Shown one piece after another: positions 38,323-50,500 of a DNA stretch of 64,000 bases (positions within the stretch are counted from its first letter, which is position 1; each line of letters begins with the position of its first letter). Origin of the DNA: Azolla caroliniana. Taxonomy: Eukaryota; Plantae; Polypodiophyta. The stretch spans positions 12,400,001-12,464,000 of the forward strand of contig JBHGNT010000022.1 in NCBI GenBank assembly GCA_043228905.1, given 5' to 3'. The notes beneath the pieces are model-generated. The model worked only from the letters and a program-made list of their open reading frames with translations. It was not told where the DNA came from and searched no databases. A program made the translations under genes and the position numbers.

Positions 38323-39016
38323 TTGGAAGGTTCTAGAAGCTTCGCTTCATATTCAATGGCAGTGAAATTTGAAGGTTCCAGATTGTTTCCATAAGTTTTG
38401 GATGGTTCTAGAAGTTTCTAGAAGCTCAATGGTCGTTTATCATTATCAACCTATTAAGATAGTTTCCATCAATTTTGGAAGGTTCTAGAAGTTTCTAGAA
38501 GCTCAATCAGGGACGTTCTAAATGTTTCCTCCTCGATTACATTTCCAAAAGCTCGCCCTCCTTTTCTTCACGCAAAAAATTAGAAGCCTCCGGAAGCTTC
38601 CACTCCATTTCGGAAGGTTCTAGAAGCTTCTGCTCTTGGACCGATATGTTTCTCTTTTGAAAGCTATATTTTCTTCTTCTCAAACGAACCTGGAGAGGAA
38701 GGTTCTGGAAACTTCTTTCATTTTTGGGGACTTTCCTTCTAGAAGGTTCTAGAAGCCTCGAAGGTGCCAGAGCCTAGAGTGGAAGGTTCTGGAAACTTCT
38801 TTCCTTTTTTGGGGACTTTCCTTCTAGAAGGTTCTAGAAGCCTTGAAGGTCCTAGAGCCTAGAGTGTAAGGTTCTGGAAACTTCTTTCCTTCTAGAAGGT
38901 TCCAGAAGCCTCGAAGGTCCTAGAGCCTAAAGTGGAAGGTTCTGGAAACTTCTTTCCTTTTTGGGGACTTTCCTTCTAGAAGGTTCTAGAAGCCTCGAAG
39001 GTCCCAGAATGTTCTG
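38323..39016 (+). promoter_or_regulatory. Heat-shock element array of HSP101, including an ~84-bp HSE module repeated 4 times (units start at about 38697, 38781, 38866, 38934)
   Basis: At least 12 perfect blocks of 3-5 alternating nGAAn/nTTCn units, e.g. GAAggTTCtaGAAgcTTC and GAAggTTCtaGAAgtTTCtaGAA. Confidence 0.92.
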
Positions 39017-39557
39017 GTCGTTTCCTTTCCTTCCTTCGGCCATGTCTATTTCTTCTCCTCCTCCCTCCCCGAAAGCATCTCAACAACAAGAATCTAACAG
39101 GAATCCTAATCGCAGAAAACCCTAATTCTCAGGAACCCTAATTCTCTCAATCTGTTACTTCTCTGCAGCATTTCATCACTGTCATCAGGCGAAGACGCAT
39201 AAAAAGCATCGCCATCGCCATCACTTCCTGTTCTTATGATCAAACCCTAAGTCTTCTTCCTAGAAGAAGCAGAAATTCTCATACCTATAGCTCCTAGAAA
39301 CCTTTTACTTGTCCTTCATTGCCTTCTGCAGACGCAGAATTTTTCATAGCTATAGTTACTAGAAATCTTTACTTGTCCTTCATTGCCTTCTCCAGACCGT
39401 TACCAAAACCCGAATCTTTGTATCATCTTTGCAATCTCCATTTGCTGCAGATAGTCGCCATTATCATTGTCACAAACTCCAAACCCTAAAGTCTGTATTG
39501 CGTCCATTTTCGCTTATTGCTCTTGCCCTGTTCCCCTGTAATTGAATCTAAAAAAAC

Positions 39558-42500
39558 ATGAATCCTGAGAATTTCACACACAAGACGAATGAAGCCATAG
39601 CCGAAGCGCATGAACAAGCTCTGAGCTCCGGCCATGCTCAGTTCACACCGCTTCATCTAGCCATAGCCCTACTCTCGGACCAGGGTGGGATTCTTCGACA
39701 AGCCATAGTCAACAGTGTTGGATCAGAAAGATCCGATTCTTTGGAAGGAGGAGGAGAAGAGGCGATCAGATCATTCGAGCGCGTTTTGAGGGCAAATCTG
39801 AAGAAAATCCCGTCACAAAATCCTCCCCCAGATTCCGTCCCTGCCAACACAGCCCTAGTGAAATGCATTCGGAGGGCACAGACATTACAGAAGAAGCGAG
39901 GAGATTCTCATCTTGCTGTTGATCAGCTCATCCTAGGACTATTAGAGGATTCTCAGATATCGGATTGTCTGAAGGAATCAGGATTGAGTGCATCTCGGGT
40001 GCGTTCTGAGATCGAGAAGTCGAGAGGTGGTGGAGAAGGGAGGAAGGTGGAGAGTGCGACAGGAGACACGAATTTTCAAGCATTGAAGTCATATGGTGTG
40101 GATCTGGTTGCGATGGTTGGGAAACTTGACCCGGTCATTGGGAGGGATGATGAGATTCGACGAGTCATCCGTATCCTCTCTAGGCGCACGAAGAATAACC
40201 CGGTCCTCATTGGTGAGCCTGGCGTAGGAAAAACTGCCGTCGTTGAAGGCTTGGCACAGAGGATTGTTCGAGGTGATGTTCCAAGGTAAGTAAGTAGTAA
40301 CAGAAATGTTTATAGCTGTGCTCGAATAACATAGAGATTGAAAAGAAAAATGAAAGCCTTATCCCTTCTTTTGTTTTCTTTGGTTTCTGCTATGTTGGTA
40401 GTAGTTTTTTTTTTTTCAGGCTTCATTTTTTATTCTCTGGTTTTGTTCTCTTTTGTTTCTTCTATGATGGTAATGGTTTTTTCCTGCTTCATTTTTTATT
40501 CTTTGGTTTTTTCATTTGTCAATGATATATAATAAATGAACTGTATATATAGTTTAATCTGATTGAATTGTTTTAATGCATTGGTGATAATAAATACATG
40601 TTGTCAACGATATAGATACAAATGAATTATATATGTTTTAATCTAGCTGAATTGATCTTATGTATTGGTGATTATTAGTACATGTTGTCAATGATATATA
40701 TTGGATGAAATATATATACTTCAATCTAATTGAATCGTTTTAATGTATTGGTGATAGTAAAAACATGAAAAACTTGGTTTTAATGATAAGGAATTGATGA
40801 TAAATTTTTCATTCTCTAATATGTGTGTGTATATATGTACATGCATGCATGCATTCACTTCATTTTTTTTTTGTGATTTACATAGCTGTGTAGGTATTAA
40901 ATATGGTATGTATATATGCGTGTGCTATTTGAAACGGGTCTCACTGATAATGTAACTCTAAATTTTGAATCAACATTTCTGCAGCAATCTCTCTGATGTG
41001 AGAATCATAGCGTTGGACATGGGAGCTCTAGTTGCAGGAGCTAAATATCGTGGAGAGTTTGAAGAAAGACTAAAAGCTGTGCTGAAAGAAGTCCAAGAGG
41101 CGGAGGGCAAAGTTATTCTGTTCATAGATGAAATTCATCTTGTTCTTGGTGCAGGTAATGGGTCTTTTATTCTTGTTTTTGTTTAAAGGATTTTAATGGG
41201 TTTTCTAATTTTGTTAAAGTCATATTTTAGTGTTGTTTTCGTCTGGAGGGTTTTTTAGCTCAAAAACATTGCTAGTCTTTTAATTGGTCCGTTCTAAGAT
41301 TCTTTGGTATGTTTCAGGACGCACTGAAGGGTCTATGGATGCTGCCAATTTGTTCAAGCCAATGCTTGCACGGGGTCAATTGAGATGTATAGGAGCCACC
41401 ACTCTTGAAGAGTATCGGAAGTATGTAGAGAAAGATGCTGCTTTTGAGAGGCGTTTCCAACAGGTCTGTATTATCGTAGGTGCATAATATTATCATAATT
41501 TCATATGATTATTATGTGTGTGATTGCACAATGTCCACCGAGTATAGCTGCATGCTTGTATGTTTGCAATATATTGTCTTTCGAATTTGAGTTGTGAGGT
41601 GGATTGTAGCACAGCAATGTGTATGCGTTACATTGTTCTTTGAAATTTGAATACATGATGACAAGTGGGTACTAGCTCACATGTGAGTGTAAATTATACT
41701 TATCTTTCAAATTCTGCCATCTGTCAATATGTTTAGGAAGAGCATTGTTCAGCATGAGCACTCATGTATACATCTTCAAGTGGTATGTAGAAGAGCACTG
41801 TAAGCACATATGGAATTTGTATTGTGTACTTGTGGTGGTATATATAGATCAAGCAATATCAAAGGGATGCATATTTTGAGATTTCTGTTTCCAATGTTTG
41901 TGCCCTTACTTTTATTATATTTGTTTATCTTTGAAATTTGTAGGTTTATGTAGCAGAGCCCAATGTTGCTGATACTATAAGCATTCTACGGGGTTTGAAA
42001 GAAAAGTATGAAGGGCACCATGGCGTGCGTATCATGGATAGGGCACTGGTTGTTGCTGCTCAACTCTCCAATCGCTATATCACATGTAAGTGCCTTATTG
42101 CCTTCTCATATAATTTCATTTGAATTTTACGTTATTCTTTCTTTGGACAACAGGAAACTTTCTATTCACCTGATTAATGGGTGGCTATAAAAAATGTGTG
42201 ACTGTTTATTTGCAACTTGAATTAAGGGTTTCACCTTGAATTATTTATTACTTGGTTAAGAGTGTTTATTGTGCAGTTAAGGGTTTTTATAACTGGGTGT
42301 AAGTCGTTTCTTGTGTCTTGTTAAAAATAAAATAATTGATTTGGTTTGTGTATTAAGAGTGGAGCTGTTGAACAGTTCATTCTATTTCGTTTGTAACTTG
42401 ACTGAAGGTGTGCTGCTTATGTATAATTTGCTTATGTGAATGCAGCTCGGCATCTTCCAGATAAAGCGATAGCCTTAGTAGATGAAGCATGTGCTAATGT

Positions 42501-45305
42501 TAGGGTTCAGCTTGACAGCCAACCTGAAGAAATTGATAGTTTAGAACGGAAGAGAATACAATTGGAAGTGGAATTGCATGCCCTTGAAAAGGAGAAAGAC
42601 AAAGCAAGCAAAGCAAGGCTACCTGAGGTGAGATATTATTTAAACCCTGAAGGAATTAGAAGTGCCAGCCAGTTTCTTACTCAGGAAAAAGGAGTTCAAC
42701 TTTTTAAAGTATTATTAATAGTAATTGTAATGCTGGTGTGCCATGAAATGCTGTTCTTTCAGGTAAGGAAGGAGCTTGATGACTTGCGAGACAAGCTTCA
42801 GCCATTGAAAATGAAACATCAGAAAGAGAAAGTAAGGCTGGATGAGATTCGGCGACTAAAACAGAAGAGGGAGGAGATAATGTTGAATCTCCAGGAAGCA
42901 GAGAGGAGGATGGATCTTGCACGAGTGGCTGATCTCAGATATGGGGCTCTTCAGGATATAGAAGCTACGATTCAGAGGTTGGAATCGGAGACGAATGAGA
43001 ATAGTATGCTCACAGAGACTGTTGGACCAGAACAAATATCAGAGGTAGGGTGTTGCGATCTCAACCATTGCTAAAGCTGAGTTTGTTGTTATTGTTTTGC
43101 TTATTTATTTCCAATATCAGTGGGTTTCATCTGTACTTTGAGACAGTTCCCTAAAACATCTCTTTTGAAGATGTTTAAGACTTAAGACATGTTTTTTTGA
43201 GAATATTTTGCAATGTTTTGACATCTTTCATGTTTTGTTTGTTTTCTGTTTTAACTAGGTGGTGAGCCGATGGACCGGCATACCAATGACTAGGCTAGGG
43301 CAAAATGATAAAGAGAGATTGATTGGGTTGGCTGATAGGCTACATGAGCGTGTGGTCGGTCAGAATGAGGCCGTGGAGGCTGTTGCAGAGGCTGTGTTGA
43401 GGTCTCGTGCAGGTCTTGGGAGACCCCAGCAGCCCACAGGTTCTTTCTTGTTTTTGGGTCCGACTGGTGTTGGGAAGACAGAGCTAGCTAAAGCACTCGC
43501 TGAACAGCTCTTCGATAATGAGAATCAGCTTGTTAGAATTGACATGTCAGAGTATATGGAGCAACATTCGGTGGCTAGACTCATTGGCGCACCACCTGGG
43601 TAAGAAAGATGGCTTCAATAGTATTCTTAGGAATGGACTTTGTGTGTCTCCTTTTTGTGCTGCTTCCATCGCTACTGAGAAACTATTCATGTTTTGGTTT
43701 GCTTACCATTTGTATAAATATAGTTTTCTAGCTGTCTTATTTCTGCTGCTAAGCATTCAAATGTTTGAAGTTCTCTACTGCTGAAAATGCCCTTGAACAT
43801 CTATGTTTGGAAGTAGTTAATACCTATCTCATCTTCTGTTGCATATTGTGAACTCCTCATTTGTATGTCTTACCCACGATGTCCTATTCCTGTTAAAACG
43901 CATTTATATGTTGCTTTACGGATCATATTTTATGTAATGTACTTTTAAATTGCCAATGAGGTATTTCCATTGCCGAAGCACCCCTGTTTAGCATTCATGT
44001 TTTGTCTTGCGCATTTATATGTTGCTTTATGGACCATATTTTATTTAATGTAGTTTTCAACTGCCCATGAGGTATTTCCATTGCTGAAGCACCCCTGTTT
44101 AGCATTCATGTTTTGCCTTCCTTGGGCATATGCATTTTGGGTGTTGCTCACTCTATGTATGCTTTTATTCTAACTGCCTGATTTGTTTACTGTGTCACTA
44201 TAGGTATGTTGGACATGAGGAGGGTGGGCAGCTGACTGAAGCCGTAAGGCGCAGACCGTATAGTGTAGTCTTATTTGATGAAGTGGAGAAGGCTCATCCT
44301 TCTGTCTTTAATACCTTGTTGCAACTCCTTGATGATGGGCGGCTCACTGATGGGCAAGGTAGAACTGTGGACTTCTCCAACACTGTTGTCATTATGACAT
44401 CAAATCTTGGCGCTGAACATTTACTAGCTGGGTTAACTGGTCGCCAAACCATGGAAGATGCAAAGGAGAAAGTGCTAAATGATGTGAGTTCTCTATCTAA
44501 CACTCATTTGGTTTACTTCGTACATATATGCACGTATATTTGTTTGTGGATTGAGAATGTTAGTGTTTGAGAATGATGTAGGTTTGAAATCGAGTCTTTT
44601 TATTTGTGGGGGTGTGATATTATTAACTAATCATTTGCAATGTCTTTTTTCTTATGTAGGTTCGACAACATTTTAGACCCGAATTATTGAATAGGCTTGA
44701 TGAAATTGTTGTATTTGAGCCTCTATCTCTGGTTCAACTACGCAAAGTCGCTCGCTTGCAGATGAGGGATGTTGCGCTTCGTCTTGCCGAAAGAGGAGTG
44801 GCCTTAGGTGTTACTGATGCAGCTCTAGATTTGGTTTTATCTGAAGCTTATAATCCAGTGAGTTTTATTTTCTTTCATTTTCTCTTTCATTACATTAAAT
44901 ATCTCTCTTTTTTTTATACTGTATTTGCGGGTTATTTTGTATTCCAATGATCTATATATGCTAGTCTTTGTTTGTGGGTTATTCTCTTGACCATGTGTTT
45001 GGCTTATTTGGGCACAGGTTTATGGTGCTCGGCCTATTCGTCGGTGGTTAGAGAAACGAGTTGTGACTCAGCTATCACGCATGCTGATAAGTGATGAGAT
45101 TGATGAGAATTCAACTGTCTATATTGATGCGAAGCATGGAACCAATGAGCTCAAGTATGAAGCTGTGAAGACGGGTGGCCTAATTAATGAGGTAACTGGA
45201 GTCAAATCTGACATCCTCATAACTATACCAGATGGGAAGCTTGATCCTCAATCAACGAAGAGAGTGAAAATCGATATGGATGGTGTTGATGATATGGAAG
45301 ATTAG
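39558..45305 (+). CDS. HSP101: Cytosolic ClpB1/HSP101 disaggregase. 10 exons: 39558-40285, 40985-41154, 41318-41463, 41944-42085, 42446-42627, 42763-43044, 43259-43599, 44204-44483, 44660-44857, 45018-45305
   Basis: Starts [13 protein letters not shown] with no transit peptide. Has Walker A GEPGVGKT and GPTGVGKT, Walker B FIDE and FDE, an M-domain coiled coil, [11 protein letters not shown] and an acidic C-terminus DDMED. Introns are GT-AG and in phase. Confidence 0.96.
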
Positions 45306-46631
45306 GTTAGTTAAGTGTGCGAAGCTGCCAATGAGGATTTTTGTGAGTTACTCCAAACTTTTGTTTGGAAAAAGAACATGAGGTTTACTACCATGTGAAT
45401 GGAATAGAAACCATTCACTGTCCTTTGGTTTGTTGCCCTTTCCATTAGATTGCAAATATAGAGCCGTTTTCATGTTGTTTTTCCGTCAGAGACTTTACCA
45501 CTGACTGGCAAGTCATCTTTTGGGAGAGAGTCTCTCCTATGCAAGAAAACAATTGACTGGCAAGTCATCTTTTGGGAGAGAGTCTCTCCTATGCAAGAAA
45601 ACAATTGTTCATTTTCAATCAAATGAGGTTTTGTTCCGAGATGTATCATTCATTCATCTTGACGTACAAATTGTTTTATATATGTAAGAGAAGAAAACAA
45701 ATGTTCAATTTAATCAAGTGAGATTTAGTTCTAGATGTATCTATACATCTTGACTTACAAATTGTTTTGATTTTGGTTGATTTTGGATTACATGTTGACA
45801 CTTCCAGATTGCACAATGTGCATAGCTTGGATTAGGACTGTACATTGAAACTTGGGCTTTATATTTCAAACTGGGAAGATTAGATTGAATCTCTGTACAT
45901 ACATAGTACTCGATGTTGTCCTACACAGTCCTTAAAAAACCAGGCAGTATTGCCCTTGAAAACCACTCCATACTGTCAAGCTATGAGTTTTTCCCTTTGT
46001 AACTATGGGTTAGGTATAAGATGGGGTGGCATTATGGCACTATATAGTCATTTGTTTTTCAGACTCTTAAAATACAGTTTGGATTGCTGGACATATCTTT
46101 CAATGTATTGAACAATAAGATGACAATTAGTCATGGAGATGGAAATATTTCATGAAAGTTACATTAGGGGTGTGTATTTACGATGAGTTCACTATATTAC
46201 AATTTCAAGGATTTAGTATATGGATTCATTACATTCTCTTCATATTGCATGGATAATGTCTTCGCTTGGTGGGTTGGGAAAGCATAATATATAAGAGGAT
46301 GTGCTTACTTAGGAAGGCTCTGTGTGGTTTGCAGTTGTGGTCTATTGTTCTGCATGTTTTCACAATTATTCTGAATGGAAATATAAATGAATTAGAGGTT
46401 TCAATTTATAGGTGAAATATTGAATGAAAGTTGTCTTCCACCAAATCTTGAGGATTGATTATGGTTTTCACTGCGAACTATTAAGTGCAAATAGGCAAGG
46501 ATAAACATGACGTTCAGCTTGACGATTCATTAAGGGGTTTTTTCCCTCGGAACTAGATATGGCATCTTTGAAAGGATGGCATGATCTTCGCCATATTGAG
46601 AAGGATTGGTCTCAAATATATACGCAAAACA

Positions 46632-47300
46632 TTCAAGTCCTTCAATTGCTTTAATTCCTTCAATTTCTTAAGCATATTTAGGAGAAGGGCATTTCCGTAA
46701 TTAATAAAAACCCCCAAATTCCTTAATTTCCCAATCCCTGCCCTTTCCTTATTCATCATCTTCTTCTTCTTCAAGTCCTTCAATTGCTTTAATTCCTTCA
46801 ATTTCTTCTGCATATTTAGGAGAAGGGCATTTCCGTAATTAATAAAAACCCCCAAATTCCTTAATTTCCCAATCCCTGCCCTTTCCTTATTCATCATCAT
46901 CTTCTTCTTCAAGTCCTTCAATTGCTTTAATTCCTTCAATTTCTTCTGCATATTTAGGAGAAGGGCATTTCCGTAATTAATAAAAACCCCTAAATTCCTT
47001 AATTTCCCAATCCCTGCCCTTTCCTTATTCATCATCATCTTCTTCTTCAAGTCCTTCAATTGCTTCAATTCCTTCAATTTCTTCTGCATATTTAGGAGAA
47101 GGGCATTTCCGTAATTAATAAAAACCCCTAAATTCCTTAATTTCCCAATCCCTGCCCTTTCCTTATTCATCATCATCTTCTTCTTCAAGTCCTTCAATTG
47201 CTTCAATTCCTTCAATTTCTTCTGCATATTTAGGAGAAGGGCATTTCCGTAATTAATAAAAACCCCCAAAATCCTTAATTTCCCAGTTCCTGTCCTTTCC
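46632..47300. repeat. 138-bp tandem array, 5 near-identical units, directly upstream of the PAT10-like gene
   Basis: Units start TTCAAGTCC at 46632, 46770, 46908, 47046 and 47184. Confidence 0.96.
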
Positions 47301-47460
47301 TTCTCCTTCTGCTTCTCTCCTTCTTCTTCTTCTTCTTCTTCAATTCCTTCAATTTCTTCTGCACATTTCAGATCCCGCCTCATCGCGAATCCATGAACCA
47401 TACAGAGCCGGAAAGGAAGGATTTCTCGAGTAATCCCACGGTCCAAGACACAGTATCGCG

Positions 47461-47495
47461 ATGGAGACACAGCAGCGTAGGGAAAACCTGAATCT

Positions 47496-47526
<31 letters not shown>

Positions 47527-50500
47527 CCATTGCCTTCTTTTCTTTCTTCCATCCCTGCGTAGATCTATGTGTTCCTGGTTTATATATATGTATGATTATA
47601 TTTTCTCGCGTCTCATTCAAAAGTTTTTGTTTTGTTTGCCAGCAAACAGAATTCCTTGCCTTTTGTTTGCATTCCATCCATCCATCCATCCATCCATATA
47701 TGTGTGTGTGGGTGTTTGTATGCACATGTGCATGAACAACTTATTTTCCTTGCGTTTCTGTTTATCTTTCAGCACAGATAGGTCCACTTATTTGTTTAAT
47801 AACTTGATATGTGCGTATATATTCTCGTTTCCTTAAAAAGACTTTTCTTTCCATCAATGCATATTGCATATAGTTTTCTTTGCTTTACAGAAAAGACAGA
47901 ACCCTCTTTTGTTAGATACTTATCTCTGTCTTTGCCTATGTAGATATGTGCATGTCTTGTTTCTTACGTTTTGCTAAACCTCGTGTTTTTTCTGGTTTCG
48001 CAGGAAATGGACCATCTGTGACATCAAAGATGGGTATTGTTATTCTTCATTTGATCTATGTGGCTGCTCTATTTGCTTTTAATACTGAGCTCCGACAGCA
48101 AACGGTTCTATATCCATGGTATTTCAAGTTAGATGAGATTAGAGCTTGAAAAGATTATGGCCATCACTTTATATTGCATTTTCCTTGATGTAGGTACACA
48201 TTAGCTTATCTTGTTTTGCTCATCATTACTCTCTTTCAGTACTGGTTCACAGCAGGTTCAAATCCAGGGTAATCTGCAAATGATATCCATTCTTTCCTCT
48301 TCTAAATTATCTATCACATTTCTGAAATTAGTTTTGTCGCCAATTCTTTATAACTTTGATTCTCCATGCTTGGAAGGTTCCTTGTGGAGGAACTAAATAA
48401 AGATAACAGCTCAGAAACTCAGACAGGAGATTCCAGGTACAATTGATTGATTTAATATTATCGCTTTCAGCTTTTTTCCTGTGTTCAAATGTGAAAAGAT
48501 AGGAAGATATAGCCAAAAATGGAAGAATTCTGATGATTTGCACAGAAACAACTTTTATACCTCCTGACAAGGGATTATACAATTATCATAATTTCAAAGG
48601 TAGGGGCTTTTCCTATATTTTATCTCTTAACACAACTTTCGGAACTTATGTATCAATAAATAAGAGAAGTATGTGAACTTCCTTTCAAAAGAAAAAAGCA
48701 AAAAGAAAAAGATGTGTAAAACCAGCAGAAGCCCAAGGAAGCAGAGACTAAGCACAAGATTGGCCTGAAATATTTTAAATGAAAAGCTAGAAAAGCCCTA
48801 TAATATGAGAAATCAGAGAACAAGCAAGAGGCCATTCTGAAAAGGCTTAAATGAAAAGCAAGAAAGAACCTGTAATCCTGCTCAAATAACTTAATTTTGC
48901 TAGGTTTTTGAGAGTGCAGCATTGAAGAAGAAACCCGAGAGGAAAAGGAAAAACGTGTCCCAAGTCATGCTAAGGCAAGGAATGTTTGAAGAAAACAATG
49001 TATTAATTTCTCTAAAGATTGAAATGGCCTATGCAATTCACGAAGATATTATAGTTGAAAATGTTGTCTCTTTTATGAGAATAATGAAAACAATGATATG
49101 ATGCACAGGTCAATTGCAAAAGATTATGAAGAGATTTTCATAGAAAACTAACAAAACCAAGGAATAAACAAAGTACTTGGACATAATGTGGAATAGGCTA
49201 GTGTTTCACTTCCTTCTATTTGATAAAAAAACATTTTGAACACCATGGTCGATGATTATATTTCCCAAGTAAGTAATTGATCTTTTGAAAGGTCACCTTT
49301 GTGGCATAGACATATTTGTCTCCCAATCTTTGTAGGGCAAAACAAACATGAGGGTATTGTTCATCCAAAGTAAGACTATAAATAATAATATCATTTAAGG
49401 AAATGGCAACAAGATGATCGAGTTGATCCTGAAAAGTGTCATTCATTTTACGTTGAAAGTGATCAGAGCTTTAGTCAAGCTAAATGGCATGATTAAAAAT
49501 TCGTAAAGGCTATAATGTTTGCAAAGTGTGGTTTTAGGAATATCCTCAATAATTCTTATTTGCTGGTTGATAGTAAATAGGTCAATTTTGGCCAAGTATT
49601 GACCACCATGCAAATGATTAATCAGATTGCCTATATATTGCAATAGGGATATGGTTTTCTGATAGCCACGTTATTCAAATGACGATAATTTACACACATT
49701 TTGCCATGTTTGCCACAATTGCAATGGGGAGAACTGGTTCACCCGAATGGTTGATTTAATCAATGATTATGTGTAGGTGATAATTTGGGTGGGTGATAGT
49801 TCACCAAAGAAAAACATCTTTGAAATAATTTATGATTGGATTGAATGATCAAACCTACACTATTTAGTACCAAAGTGGTTGAATGGTTGATTTAATCAAT
49901 GGATGAAGCGGAGTTTTTATCATGGATAACCTGGTTTTATATTAGCATACCTCAATTTCACCATATGGAAATAAACTCTTTATGTAGCAAATTGGTAATC
50001 TATGTGAATTAACAATTGATGAATTGTATTTCTTCAACTATTAGGTGAACTTTGTATGTGTAATCACTTATGTCCGTTCGAAGTTCCAACATTTATACCA
50101 AGTAATTGCTGAGCTACCTGTATCAAATAACTAATGCACTAGAGATCCAATACAAATAGGAAATACAAATCATGGGTAATGCTAAGGCAAGAGATGTTTG
50201 AAGAAAAGAATGCAAGCATGACATATGTATTAATGTAATGGCCCATGTAATTCATCAAAAAATTATAACTAAAAATAATTTCTCTTTTATGAGTAATTAA
50301 AGAAATAACACATTGCATAAGTATGTATTTAGATGTTTTCAAGAGTTAACTGAAGAGAATTCTAAAAATAGCATCCCTAAATTCAAGGTTGATATTATAG
50401 CTTTCTCTATCATACCTTCACATTTTGGAAAATGGGTGGAATGGCTTTTGTATACTAGAATGGGAATCATGAACCAAACTATATCTTTGCTTCTCTAATT

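Noticed and set aside
40338-40532. Hydrophobic 64-aa ORF inside HSP101
   Set aside because: It is T-rich intron 1 sequence with a TTG start.
13154-47300. Tandem arrays as CRISPR-like loci
   Set aside because: The units are head-to-tail with no unique spacers, there are no cas genes, and the context is eukaryotic.
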